DNA from: Burkholderiales bacterium
Lineage (GTDB): Bacteria > Pseudomonadota > Gammaproteobacteria > Burkholderiales > Casimicrobiaceae
DNA: 64,000 bases
Assembly: GCA_020847675.1 (NCBI GenBank)
Contig: JADLBN010000269.1
Span: 2,139 to 66,138 of the forward strand
Direction of reading: 5' to 3'
In this document: in pieces, positions 42,881 to 52,942 of the stretch
Position numbering within the stretch: position 1 is the first letter of the stretch
Layout of the letters: each line of letters starts with the position of its first letter
The notes under the pieces: model-generated
Databases searched by the model: none
Told to the model about the DNA's origin: nothing
What the model saw: the letters and a program-made list of their open reading frames with translations, nothing else
Position numbers and translations under genes: made by a program

Positions 42881-43239
42881 GGGAGCCGCGCCCGAACGAT
42901 TCGACCGCACCCGCGGAAGCCGTCGAGAGGTTGGCGCCGCGGCACACCGGACGGCGCTGGGAGGCTGGGTTGGGTCATCGTCGCGTGCGAGTCTACGCGA
43001 TCGAACCGCACGCCGATGTCCCCGTTCGCGCCGCAACGCGCCCCGGCGCGCCCGCAGCGCCGGGGTCGCGCGAGTGCAGGCCGCGCGCGCGATGTTGTCG
43101 CCGGCGCGGCGCGCAGATGCACCGAGTGCTGCCGAGGACTCGGCAGGCTCCCGTCCCGCTGCCGGCAGGGTCGATGCGGACGCGCCGGCACGACCGATGC
43201 CGTGTTCCTGCGCCGGGGACGGGTTCGGACCCGAAGGCT

Positions 43240-45048
43240 TCAGGCTGAGACGACGGCTTCTCGCCGGGAGCTGCCGCCCCAGTGGCCGACCGTGTGTCGC
43301 CGTTCGTCTTCGGAGATCGCCTGGGGTGCCCGCGCGGTGCCAGCCACGAATGCGGACGCCGCGGGCACCGCGGCCGCGAGACCGGCGCGCACTTCCGGGT
43401 CGGCGAGTGCACGCTGCATCGCTTCGGGGTCCGACCACGCGGGCTCGCCGCGGGCGACCGACAGCCAGATGCGGCCGCTCTCCCGGTCGGCGAAGTTCAC
43501 GACGGGGAACCGGGCGACGCACGCCGCGAGAAACGCCGCGTTGCGCTCCGGTGCGAGCGCCGCGGGATCGGGATGGAGTGCCGCCGGCGAGCGCGCGTCG
43601 ACCTGGACTTTGCGGAATCGCTCGATGTCGAGAAGGCAGCCGACGTCGAGCACGTGGAGCACGTCGTTCCAGCCGAACGCCGCGGTGCGCGGCGGGGCTC
43701 CTCGCGCCACCGAGTTGTCGAGGAACTCGAAGTGCACCCGCTTGTCCCGGCGATCGATCCAGGTGAAGAACAGTTCCGGCATGCCGGCGTAGGCCTCGAC
43801 CGCGTGCGCGAGCGTATCGTCCACCGCCTTGTAGCGGCCGACGTCGAGCCCGCGCTTCCACGCGCGCTCGACCAGCGCTTCCGGCGGCGTGACGAGGAAG
43901 AACATGTAGACGATCTGGCCGAACCGCGTGAGCAGGTTGCTGCCCGCCTCGTCGGAGTCCGGCGCGAAGCTGTCGAAGCGGAAGCGGTCGATCAGCAAGT
44001 GGGTCGTCTCGCCGCGAGCCGCGCGGTGCGCCATGTAGCGGTCGAGCTTGCGGTCGACGATGTGCAGTTCGTCGCCGGTGAACGCGCCCGCGTACCGGTA
44101 GTCCGGCCCGAGGCTCGCGTAGTCGAGCAGGAGCTTTCGCCAGATGTCCGGACTGATGACCGCGAACTCGCTCCAGCGCACGCCGATCCGCCCGGCGAGC
44201 GCTTTCTGCAGCGGCCGCATCGTGCTCTTCCCCGCGGCGGACGGCCCCTTGGTGTTCATCACCACCGGAGCGTCCTGCCGCGGAAGGAGCGAGAAGCCTT
44301 CCGCCGCGGCGCCGCGCGCGACCAGCGGTTCGAGCATCGCGCCGAGCGCGTCGCTCCCGGCCTGGTTCGCGGCGAGGCTCGACGCGACCGCCGCGATCGC
44401 GCTGCCGTCGCCCCAGAGGGCGCCGTGACGCACCATGACCGCGGACACGGTCCGGTGCAGCGCATGGAATGCCGCTCGTTCGGCCGGGTCGGTCGAGGTG
44501 CGCGCGCGCGCGCTCCAGTCGGTGAGCGCAGCATCCGGACTCGACTTCTCCGTCGCCGGCTCCCGGGCAGCGGGCCTTCCGAGCCACCGCGACAGCAGGC
44601 TCGCGCGCTGCGGCTGCGTGTTGTCGGCACGGGTCGTGAACAGCGGCGCGAGTTCTCGCGTGACGATGGCCTCGACTCGCCGCCGGACCTCGCCGTATGC
44701 CGCCACCAGTTCTTCCATCCGCGGCTCGACGTGGCGTTCGAGCAGCGTGCGCGCCCTTTGCCGGAAGCTGATGCCCAGATCCTCGATGCGCTCGCCGTCG
44801 GGCACCGACACGTTCGCGGTCACCCGGACCAGGAGTTCGTGCAGCACCAGACGCTCAGGGCGGAACACGACCAGTTCGGTCGGAGGCAGTCCGGTCAGGT
44901 CGGCGAGTTCCTGCGCGTGCGCGAGCGGAGTGGTGACGTGCTCGGTCCGATAGACGGTCGAAAGCGGCAGCAGGCGGGCCGGGATCTGCGACTCGACGCC
45001 GGGATTCCAGGGGCCGAGGGCCGAGGGGGCTTGATCGGGAAGCGGCAT
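43240..45048 (-). CDS. Hypothetical protein with zeta-toxin-like P-loop kinase domain
   Basis: KGPSAAGKST Walker A, ISPDIWRK, LLIDRF, ERAWKRG...GRY, FLDNS. Confidence 0.7.
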   Translation of the reverse strand: MPLPDQAPSALGPWNPGVESQIPARLLPLSTVYRTEHVTTPLAHAQELADLTGLPPTELVVFRPERLVLHELLVRVTANVSVPDGERIEDLGISFRQRARTLLERHVEPRMEELVAAYGEVRRRVEAIVTRELAPLFTTRADNTQPQRASLLSRWLGRPAAREPATEKSSPDAALTDWSARARTSTDPAERAAFHALHRTVSAVMVRHGALWGDGSAIAAVASSLAANQAGSDALGAMLEPLVARGAAAEGFSLLPRQDAPVVMNTKGPSAAGKSTMRPLQKALAGRIGVRWSEFAVISPDIWRKLLLDYASLGPDYRYAGAFTGDELHIVDRKLDRYMAHRAARGETTHLLIDRFRFDSFAPDSDEAGSNLLTRFGQIVYMFFLVTPPEALVERAWKRGLDVGRYKAVDDTLAHAVEAYAGMPELFFTWIDRRDKRVHFEFLDNSVARGAPPRTAAFGWNDVLHVLDVGCLLDIERFRKVQVDARSPAALHPDPAALAPERNAAFLAACVARFPVVNFADRESGRIWLSVARGEPAWSDPEAMQRALADPEVRAGLAAAVPAASAFVAGTARAPQAISEDERRHTVGHWGGSSRREAVVSA

Positions 45049-45167
45049 GGAGCGCGGGGAACGAGGCTGCACCGGCGACGTTACACACGCAGGGGAGGGC
45101 CGCGCAATGCCCGTCGGCGTTCGGCCGGCTCCAAGCCCCGCGCCGCGACCACAACGCCGATGCGCGC

Positions 45168-45863
45168 TCAGGGCGCCCAGTCGGTCTTCGAGCGCCAGTT
45201 CTGCAGCCGGTAGAGTCCGCGTCCCCTGGCGCCGCGCGCACCCGCGTCCCGCAGCAAGGCGTCGGGCATCGCCGCGTCGCACAGCGACGCGAACGCGCGC
45301 TCGTCGCCCCAGCTCTCCAGCATCACGATCCAGCGCGGGATCGCGTTGGCCTCGGTGCGCCCCTTCTGCTCCTCGGTCTTCTCCGCGCTCGCCTCCTCGT
45401 CGGCGACCAGCAGATGCACGCCGGCCACGTCGGCGTGCCGTGCCGCGACCGGCAGGATCGCGGTGCGCATCCGCGAGAGGTGGTCGTCGGCCGACGCAGG
45501 GTCGACGTCGTAGCGCCACGTCGCGGCGAGTCCGCCGTGACCGCGGCCGAACGTGGCCGCGACCCTGCAGATCGAGCGCGAGACGCGGCTGAAGTGGCGC
45601 ACCGTCTCGCGCGTCCACGGCGTCGGGGCGTTCAGGCGGTTGCGGTAGTCCGCACCGGTCAGGACCTGCGGACTCTGCGCTTCGTAGAGGTTGAAGAACT
45701 CGAGATCCGCGTCGATCGCGACGTAGCGCCGGCCGCGCACGAAGCCCGGGATGCCCACGCGCTCCGGCATGTGCTCTTCGCCATGCCAGGCGTAGAACGC
45801 CGTCCGCCCCTCCGGCGCGATGTCGTGCCAGATCGCCACCGCTCCCTCGCCCGCCAAAGCCAT
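45168..45863 (-). CDS. DUF4286/EthD-like dimeric alpha+beta barrel protein
   Basis: WH..EHMPERV.IPGF.RGRRY, FFNLYE, Y..RLN.PTPW; SD GGAG. Confidence 0.7.
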   Translation of the reverse strand: MALAGEGAVAIWHDIAPEGRTAFYAWHGEEHMPERVGIPGFVRGRRYVAIDADLEFFNLYEAQSPQVLTGADYRNRLNAPTPWTRETVRHFSRVSRSICRVAATFGRGHGGLAATWRYDVDPASADDHLSRMRTAILPVAARHADVAGVHLLVADEEASAEKTEEQKGRTEANAIPRWIVMLESWGDERAFASLCDAAMPDALLRDAGARGARGRGLYRLQNWRSKTDWAP

Positions 45864-46128
45864 GGGTTCGTCTCCCTGAAGATCTCCGTCGCCATCCGGT
45901 GCGCATCGCGCCGGATTCCCCCGCCGTTTCGGCCTTCGCCTCCGCGGAGGCGGGCTGCCGCTGGCGCAGTCCCGATGCATACCTGCGAGGTCGCGAACGC
46001 CGGTTCCGGAGCGCAACCTCCACCGGCCCCGCCCGCAGCCGCTCGCTGCGCAACCCGATACGCCCCTGGCGAGGGGCCGCCCCAGGTTCAGGGTCCGATC
46101 GATCGGTCGTCGAAAGTCTCTCGACAAA

Positions 46129-46147
46129 ACTGGAATTCCGTTCCAGT
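46129..46147. promoter_or_regulatory. Putative IclR operator
   Basis: Perfect inverted repeat ACTGGAA-N5-TTCCAGT in the divergent intergenic region. Confidence 0.6.
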
Positions 46148-46184
46148 ATAGACGGACGATCCAAATTCGCAAGCCGCCGCCCGG

Positions 46185-47048
46185 ATGACCGTCGCCGCCG
46201 TCTCCCGTTGCCTGGATGTCCTCGAGAGCCTCGTGGGGGTGGCCGGCGGGTGCGAACTCGGCGACATCGCCGACCGCGTCGACACGCCGCGCAGCGCCGT
46301 CCACCGCATCCTCGCGACGCTGATGGCGCGCGGCTGGGTGGTCCAGGACGAATCCACGCAGCACTATTCGCTGTCGCTCAAGCTGTCCACGCTTGCGTTC
46401 CGCGACCTCGACGTCCGGTTGGTGACCGACGTGGTGCAGGCGATCCTCGACGAACTCGCGCGGCGGACGCGCGAGTACTGTCGTCTCGGGATCGTCGAGG
46501 GCGACACTGTCGCCTGGGTGTCGCGCGCGCAGGGCGCGGTGAACGGATTGCGCTACGACGCCGACATGGGGCAGGAGGTGGCGCTGCACGCGACCGCGAC
46601 CGGCAAGGCCTGGCTCGCCACGCTGCCGGAGGAGGAGGCGGTGCGCATCGTGTGCGCCCGCGGCTTCTTCGCGCACCTGCGGCTCGGGCCGCACGCGATC
46701 TCGACCATCGACGAACTGAGGCGACAACTCGCCGAAACGCGCGCGCGCGGCTACGCCGTCGCGATCGAGGAGGCGGAGCCCGGCATCGTCGCGCTCGCCG
46801 CCACCTTCCGCAGCGATCCGCGGCCGGGCGCCGCGGTGGCGGGGACGCTCTCGGTCGCGGGCCCGATCTCGCGCATCCCGCCCGAGCGCCACGCCGAGAT
46901 CCATGCCGCGCTCGCCGCCGCCGTCGCGTCGGTCGAGGCGGTCTGGCAGGTGCGCGTGCGGCAGCGGGGTCACGGGAGCGGCTACGGCGCGAGAACGGCG
47001 CGTGACATCACCGGGCACGCCGAGACGACCGCGGAGGTGCGCCCGTGA
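46185..47048 (+). CDS. IclR family transcriptional regulator
   Basis: R.L.VLE.L, HTH SAVHRILATL...GWV, LHATATGKAWLA, R.RGYA...EE. Confidence 0.92.
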   Translation: MTVAAVSRCLDVLESLVGVAGGCELGDIADRVDTPRSAVHRILATLMARGWVVQDESTQHYSLSLKLSTLAFRDLDVRLVTDVVQAILDELARRTREYCRLGIVEGDTVAWVSRAQGAVNGLRYDADMGQEVALHATATGKAWLATLPEEEAVRIVCARGFFAHLRLGPHAISTIDELRRQLAETRARGYAVAIEEAEPGIVALAATFRSDPRPGAAVAGTLSVAGPISRIPPERHAEIHAALAAAVASVEAVWQVRVRQRGHGSGYGARTARDITGHAETTAEVRP

Positions 47049-47869
47049 ACGGCACGGACAGGGCGGCGAACGGTTTGGCCTCACGCCTGCGCGCCGCGTG
47101 GTCGCGCCATCGCAACATCCTGATCACCTTCGTGCTGCTCGCCGCCGTGTGGGAGATCGGGGTGCGCGTGTTCAACGCACCGCGCTACATCCTGCCCTCG
47201 CCGGCCGCCGTGTGGGAGGGATTCCTGTCGCAGCCGGGCCGGATGCTCGCGAACACCTGGTCGACGGTGCAGATCATCGTCGTGGGCTACGCGATCGCGG
47301 TGCTGGTGAGCATCCCGCTCGCGCTCCTGATCGCGTTCTCGCGCTTCGTGCAGACCACGCTCTATCCGCTCCTCGTCGTGTTCCAGATCATCCCGAAGAT
47401 CGCGGTGGCGCCGCTGTTCATCGTGTGGTTCGGCTTCGGCTTCATGCCCAAGGTGATGCTGGTGTTCCTGCTGTCGTTCTTCCCGATCGTCATCAGCGCG
47501 ATCGCCGGCTTCCGCTCGCTCGACGCGGACATCGAAGACTTCGGCCGCTCGACCGGCGCCGGCGCGTGGCGGATGTTCTTCAAGATCCGCCTGCCGCAGT
47601 CGCTGCCGAGCATCTTCACCGGGCTCAAGGTCGGCGCGGCGATGGCCGCGACCGCCGCGGTCGTGGCCGAGTTCGTCGGCTCGGACTCGGGACTGGGCTA
47701 CCTGATCCTCGAGTACAACGGCTTCATCGAGACCGCGAAAGTGTTCGCGGCGATCATCCTGCTCTCGCTTGCCGGGCTGGCGATCTACTACCTGGTCGAG
47801 CTGGCGGAGAAGATCGCGATTCCCTGGCACGTCTCGCAGTCCGGATCGGACGCTGCCGGCCCCCACTGA
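47045..47869 (+). CDS. NitT/TauT-type ABC permease
   Basis: ILPSP, PKIAVAPLF..WFG, IRLPQSLPSIF.GLK, AEFVG...GLG. Confidence 0.92.
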   Translation: MNGTDRAANGLASRLRAAWSRHRNILITFVLLAAVWEIGVRVFNAPRYILPSPAAVWEGFLSQPGRMLANTWSTVQIIVVGYAIAVLVSIPLALLIAFSRFVQTTLYPLLVVFQIIPKIAVAPLFIVWFGFGFMPKVMLVFLLSFFPIVISAIAGFRSLDADIEDFGRSTGAGAWRMFFKIRLPQSLPSIFTGLKVGAAMAATAAVVAEFVGSDSGLGYLILEYNGFIETAKVFAAIILLSLAGLAIYYLVELAEKIAIPWHVSQSGSDAAGPH

Positions 47870-47919
47870 ATCGTATCGCCCGCCAATCCTGGCGGGAGCG
47901 CACTGCGGAGGACACGACC

Positions 47920-48900
47920 GTGAAAAACCTGAGCATTCGCCGTCTGCTGGTGTTGGGCCTCGCGAGCCTCGCCGCGGCCCCGGCCCTCGCCCTCGACAAG
48001 GCGAGCCTGCGGCTCAACTGGGTGCTGATCGGCCAGCACCCCGCGTATTACCTCGGACTCGAGCGCGGCTACTACCGTGACGAGGGCATCGACCTCACGA
48101 TCAACGAGGGGCGTGGCTCGGGCCCGGCAGTACAGCTCGTCGCCGGGGGCGAAGACACGTTCGGCCTCGCCGACACCGGCGCGGTGATCGCCGGCCGCGC
48201 CAAGGGCGCGCCGGTCAAGGTGATCATGTCGCTGTTCCGCACTTCGAATCTCTCGGTGACTTGCGCCGCGGACGCGAACGTGCGCACGCTCACCGACCTC
48301 TACGGCAAGAAGGTCGCGGTCACCGCGGGCGACGCGCTGCACCAGATGTGGCCGGGGCTCGTGGGCGCCAACAACCTCGACGAGAAGAAGATCACGCTCG
48401 TGTTCATGGACCCGGCCGCCAAGCCCGTGGCGGTGCTGCAGGGCCGGACCGAGTGCCTGCTGGGCGGCATCGACGACCAGGCGGTCACGATCGCATCGCA
48501 GGGCAAGAAGATCGACGTGCTCCGCTTCGCCGACAACAAGTTCAACACGCTCACCGTGAGCGCGTTCACCAGCGACAAGGTGCTTGCCGAGAAGCCGGAC
48601 CTCGTGCGCCGCTTCGCCAGGGCGACCGAGCGGAGCTGGAAGGCGGCGATGGCCGATCCCGACGCCGCGATCAAGGCGGCGGCGAAGGCGAAGCCCGGCA
48701 TCAACGAGTCGGTGCTGCGCGCGCAGATGGAGGCGAGCTTCAAGCTGATTCCGCCGCCTGACGGCTCGCCGATGCCCTTCGGCATCGCGCCCGAGTCCTA
48801 CTGGGAACAGACGATCGCGATCCTCACCAGGTACCAGGGGCTGAAGACCGAAGCGAAGGTCGCCGACCACTTCGACTACCGCTGGGCCGCGACGAAGTGA
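47920..48900 (+). CDS. NMT1/THI5-like ABC substrate-binding protein
   Basis: SD GGAGG, signal peptide, LRLNW, GYY.DEGIDL.I.EG.GS, DL.GKK. Confidence 0.88.
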   Translation: MKNLSIRRLLVLGLASLAAAPALALDKASLRLNWVLIGQHPAYYLGLERGYYRDEGIDLTINEGRGSGPAVQLVAGGEDTFGLADTGAVIAGRAKGAPVKVIMSLFRTSNLSVTCAADANVRTLTDLYGKKVAVTAGDALHQMWPGLVGANNLDEKKITLVFMDPAAKPVAVLQGRTECLLGGIDDQAVTIASQGKKIDVLRFADNKFNTLTVSAFTSDKVLAEKPDLVRRFARATERSWKAAMADPDAAIKAAAKAKPGINESVLRAQMEASFKLIPPPDGSPMPFGIAPESYWEQTIAILTRYQGLKTEAKVADHFDYRWAATK

Positions 48901-49763
48901 GCGCAGGCGCCGGGGGCGCCGGCGGCCGGGCCGCGGGCGCCGCTCCCTCCGCCGGGGCTTCCATCGCGGCGCGCGGTGTGTCGAAGGTGTTCCGCCGCGG
49001 CCGCAACGAGGTGCGCGCGCTCGAAGCGGTCGACTTCGACGTCGCGGACGGCGAGTTCGTCGCGGTGCTCGGACCTTCCGGCTGCGGCAAGAGCACGCTG
49101 ATGCGACTCGTCGGCGGGCTGGTCCCGGCGACCACCGGCGAGATTGCCATCGCCGGCGCGCGCGTGCAGGGTCCGCACACCGACCTCGGCATCGTGTTCC
49201 AGGCAGCGACGCTCCTCGACTGGCGCACGGTGCTCGGCAACGTGCTGCTGCAGGTCGAACTGCGCGGGCTCGATCCCGCGGCCTACGAGATGCGGGCGAA
49301 GGCGCTCCTCGAGGCGGTGGGACTCGGCGAATTCACCGGCGCGCTGCCGCGCGAACTCTCCGGCGGCATGAAGCAGCGGGCGGCGATCGTCCGCGCGCTG
49401 GTGCACGATCCGCGCATCCTGCTGATGGACGAGCCGTTCGGCGCGCTCGACGCGCTCACCCGCGAGCAGATGCGCATCGACCTCGAGGAACTGTGGCTTT
49501 CGAGCCGCAAGACGGTGATGTTCATCACCCATTCGATCGACGAGGCGGTGCTCCTCGCCGACCGCGTGCTGGTGATGTCGCCGCGCCCCGGACGCATCGA
49601 GCGGATCATCCCGATCGGCCTGCCGCGCCCGCGCGGACTCGAAGGGAGGCGCCTCGAGGGGTTCGCCGAGGCGAGCGACGTCATCACCGAGATCTTCCTC
49701 AACCGCGGCGTGCTGCACGGCGCGCGCGGCGCGTTCTCGCAGAATCTGGGGAGCCGGCCGTGA
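48897..49763 (+). CDS. NitT/TauT-type ABC ATP-binding protein
   Basis: GPSGCGKST, LSGGMKQR, LLMDEPFGALDA, ITHSIDEA. Confidence 0.95.
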   Translation: MSAGAGGAGGRAAGAAPSAGASIAARGVSKVFRRGRNEVRALEAVDFDVADGEFVAVLGPSGCGKSTLMRLVGGLVPATTGEIAIAGARVQGPHTDLGIVFQAATLLDWRTVLGNVLLQVELRGLDPAAYEMRAKALLEAVGLGEFTGALPRELSGGMKQRAAIVRALVHDPRILLMDEPFGALDALTREQMRIDLEELWLSSRKTVMFITHSIDEAVLLADRVLVMSPRPGRIERIIPIGLPRPRGLEGRRLEGFAEASDVITEIFLNRGVLHGARGAFSQNLGSRP

Positions 49764-49870
49764 CGCGGACCGGGACCGTGAGGCGGACTCGCGCGGTCCG
49801 GAATGCCTCGCGCTCCGCGGTCCTCGGCTGAGCGCCTGGCCCCGGGGGGTGTCGCCACGCCCGGTCCGGG

Positions 49871-50878
49871 ATGCCCACCGTGAAACGCGCAGCGCTGCTC
49901 GGAGTCGCGCACTGGCACGTGCCGCTGATGCTGCGCGGCTTCCCGCTCGCGGGCCTCGAAGTCGCCGCGGCCTGGGACCCCGATGTCGCGCGCGCCCGCG
50001 ACGTCGCCGGCGAACACGGCGCGAGCGCCTTCGCCGATGCGGCCTCGCTGCTCGACGCCGGCGGCCTCGACTGCGTGTTCGTCTCCGGGCCGCCGAGCGC
50101 GATGCCCGCTCTGGCCCGCGCGGCGATTGCGCGCCGGCTGCCGTTGTCGCTGGAGAAACCTTGCGCGCTCACGTCGCAGGAGGTTGCCGCGCTGCACGAG
50201 GAAGCTCAGGCCGCCGCCGTGACGGTTGCCGTGCCGCTCGTGCAGCGCCACGCTGCTCTTGGCCGCGCGTTGATCGAGATTGCACGCGACGACCCGCCGC
50301 TCGAGTTCGCGGTGCGCTTCGTCGCCGGGCCGCCCGCACGCTACGAGCGTTCGGGGAACGCCTGGATGCTCGACCCGAGGCATGGCGGCGGCGGCGCGGC
50401 GGTCAACCTCGCGGTGCACTTCGTCGATCTCGCGACCCTCGTCACCGGCAGCCCGGTCGCCGACGTCGTCGCGACGATGAGCGACGCGCAGCACGGCCGC
50501 GCCGTCGAGGATCTCGCGGTGCTCGCGCTGCGGCACGCGAACGGCGCGGTGTCGCAGGTCACCGCCGGCTACCGTTTCCCCGAATCTGCGCCGTTCCGCG
50601 AGTTCCGGCTGACGATGAGCGGGCGGCGGACCTATGTCGAGACCGACGCCGAAGGGCTCGTCGTGCGCGAAGCGGGGCGCAGGGCGAAGCGTGTACCCGT
50701 GCCGTTCGACACCGACGGCTACTACGCGGAGTATGTCCGAAGCTTCGCCGACGACGTGCGGAACGGCCGGGCGCCCGTGGCCGGATTGGCGGAGATGGCG
50801 CGCGCGCTCGCCGTGGTCGAGGCGGGCTATCGCTCTGCGGCGGAGGGGCGGCGCGTGGCGGTGGCAAGCGTTGCGTAG
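49871..50878 (+). CDS. Gfo/Idh/MocA family oxidoreductase
   Basis: N-terminal Rossmann fold, EKP motif, GGGA..NL.VHFVD, VED. Confidence 0.85.
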   Translation: MPTVKRAALLGVAHWHVPLMLRGFPLAGLEVAAAWDPDVARARDVAGEHGASAFADAASLLDAGGLDCVFVSGPPSAMPALARAAIARRLPLSLEKPCALTSQEVAALHEEAQAAAVTVAVPLVQRHAALGRALIEIARDDPPLEFAVRFVAGPPARYERSGNAWMLDPRHGGGGAAVNLAVHFVDLATLVTGSPVADVVATMSDAQHGRAVEDLAVLALRHANGAVSQVTAGYRFPESAPFREFRLTMSGRRTYVETDAEGLVVREAGRRAKRVPVPFDTDGYYAEYVRSFADDVRNGRAPVAGLAEMARALAVVEAGYRSAAEGRRVAVASVA

Positions 50879-51077
50879 GGCGCACCGAGCGAAAGGCGGG
50901 GACGAGGTCCCCTTCGTTCGCGCTGCCGGCTGCCGACATCCGGAACGGAAGTCTCCGCGGGTTCAGGCGTCCGATGCAGCCGCTACCCGTCGTTCGCGGT
51001 TCGTTCGGGGCGCGACTGCGTTCTGAGCGCCCCGGCGTGGCCGCGCGAACGCGGCAGTGCGGCGCGCGCGGCTTTGC

Positions 51078-51557
51078 TCACCGCGCGTGCGCCTGCCCCT
51101 TCGCGTGCGGGCTCACGTAGCCGCCCACGGTGGTGCGGAACGCCACGTTCATCCGGTTCCAGCCGTTGATCGCGACGATGGCGAGCGTCAGGTCGACGAT
51201 CCCCTTTTCGTCGAAGTGGCGGCGCACCTCGGCGTAGAGTTCGTCCGGAACGCCGTGCGCGGGAATCTGCGTGAGCGCCTCGGTCCACGCCAGCGCGGCG
51301 CGCTCGCGCTCGCTGTAGAACGGCGCTTCGCGCCAGGCGGTCAGCAGATACAGGCGTTGCTCGGTCTCGCCGCACGCGCGGGCGTCCTTGGTGTGCATGT
51401 CGAGGCACCACGCGCAGCCGTTCAACTGCGAGGCGCGCGTCTTCACGAGTTCGAGGAGCGACGGCTCGAGGCCGCTCTTGTGGATCTGGGCCTCGGTGTT
51501 GAGCATGGCCTTGAAGGCGTCGGGAGAGGCGAGCCGGTAGTCGAGTCGTTGTTGCAT
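51078..51557 (-). CDS. Carboxymuconolactone decarboxylase/AhpD family protein
   Basis: ELVK.RASQLNGCAWCLDMH, ERAAL.W.E, INGWNR; SD AAGGAG. Confidence 0.9.
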   Translation of the reverse strand: MQQRLDYRLASPDAFKAMLNTEAQIHKSGLEPSLLELVKTRASQLNGCAWCLDMHTKDARACGETEQRLYLLTAWREAPFYSERERAALAWTEALTQIPAHGVPDELYAEVRRHFDEKGIVDLTLAIVAINGWNRMNVAFRTTVGGYVSPHAKGQAHAR

Positions 51558-51580
51558 GAAGTACTCCTTGCGTCAGGACA

Positions 51581-52417
51581 TCAGGTTTTCGTGAACAGCC
51601 GCTGCAGGTCGGCGTAACCGGTCGCGGCACCGAGCGCGTCGAAGCGTCCGCTCGCGCGCATCGCCCGGGCCGCGTCGCGCGCGGCCGAGTACGCGACCGC
51701 GGCGAGACGGGTCGCGGTGCTCACGCGCGCCACGCCGATGCGCGCGAGCTCGGCCATGTCGGGCAGGCCGGGACGCACGCCGACGTTGATCGGCGCGTCG
51801 ATCACCCTCGTCAGCGCCGCGATCGTGTCGCGATCGGCGAGGCCGATCGGATAGACGCAGTCGGCGCCGGCGGCGAGGTACGCCCGCGCCCGGCGGACGG
51901 CTTCGTCGACGCGGCCGGCATCGTTCGCGCCGGGCGGCAGCATCCAGACGTCGACGCGCGCGTTGATCACGATCGGCACGCCCGCGTCCTGCGCAGCCTT
52001 CCGTGCGGCCGCGACGCGGCGCGCGGCATCGTCGATTTCGCGCAGCGCGACGTGGTGCAGGCCGTCCTCCAGATTGATGCCGGCCACGCCGGCGCCGATG
52101 ATCGCACCCACGTTCACCTTCACCGCCTCGGGCGTGTTGCCGAAGCCGCTCTCGAAGTCGGCGGTCACCGGGAGCGATGTTGTGCGCACGATGCGTCGCG
52201 TCGCGGCGACGACTTCGGTGAGCGGCGCCGCTTCGCCATCGGCGTAGCCGAGCGACCAGGCGACTCCGCCGCTGGTGGTCGCGATCGCGGCGAAGCCCAG
52301 CTCGGCGAACACGCGCGCGCTTGCGGCGTCCCAGGCGTTGGGCAGCAGCAGGGGGGTGCGGCGATCGTGCAGCGCGCGAAACCGCTCGGCCTTCGCGATC
52401 TGCGAGTTCTTGTCCAT
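51581..52417 (-). CDS. Isocitrate lyase/PEP mutase family protein
   Basis: LPNAWDAASA, ATTS.GVA.SLG..DG, D.ESGFG, GINLEDG, INAR.D, AGADC. Confidence 0.9.
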   Translation of the reverse strand: MDKNSQIAKAERFRALHDRRTPLLLPNAWDAASARVFAELGFAAIATTSGGVAWSLGYADGEAAPLTEVVAATRRIVRTTSLPVTADFESGFGNTPEAVKVNVGAIIGAGVAGINLEDGLHHVALREIDDAARRVAAARKAAQDAGVPIVINARVDVWMLPPGANDAGRVDEAVRRARAYLAAGADCVYPIGLADRDTIAALTRVIDAPINVGVRPGLPDMAELARIGVARVSTATRLAAVAYSAARDAARAMRASGRFDALGAATGYADLQRLFTKT

Positions 52418-52619
52418 GGGGGATCTGCAGGAGTGCGGCCAGGAACATGGTACGCCCCTGCGTACGACGCGGCGGCGGGGGCAGCACGTTCTCTCCATGG
52501 CGGCATCGCGAGCGCGCTCCCGATCATCGCGCGGCGGATGCAGGAAGGGAACAACGACTTTGCCGCCACGGGATGACCGGCGAGCCATCCGCTCGCCCCG
52601 AGGGTGCCCACGGGAGGAT

Positions 52620-52832
52620 GACGAGCCGCTCGACTTCGGCGTGGAAGGCCAGGATCAGCTCGGCGATCGGGGACTCGATGTCACGCACTTGATGCTGAAC
52701 CGTCAGCACTGCGATGCCTTGCGGCACGAGGTCGTCGATCACGAAGTGCTGCCGCGCCGGAACCATCAGGAACGGAGTCGACCGGTACTGTCGCAAGCGA
52801 CCCTTCTCCGGGTTGGCAGCAGCAACGCCCAT
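52620..52832 (-). pseudogene. Probable truncated RelE/ParE toxin fragment
   Basis: AANPEKGRLR...HFVI....GIAVLTVQHQVRDI resembles the ParE C-terminal half; no N-terminus or antitoxin seen. Confidence 0.5.
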
Positions 52833-52942
52833 GGCCGCGACATGGGCGCCTCCCGGAGCGAGTATGGTCACGCAGGTGGCTGTACTTGTCGCAACTATTG
52901 CGCACACCGAAGACAAACGTCTGTGCCGGCCCCTTGTTTCGC

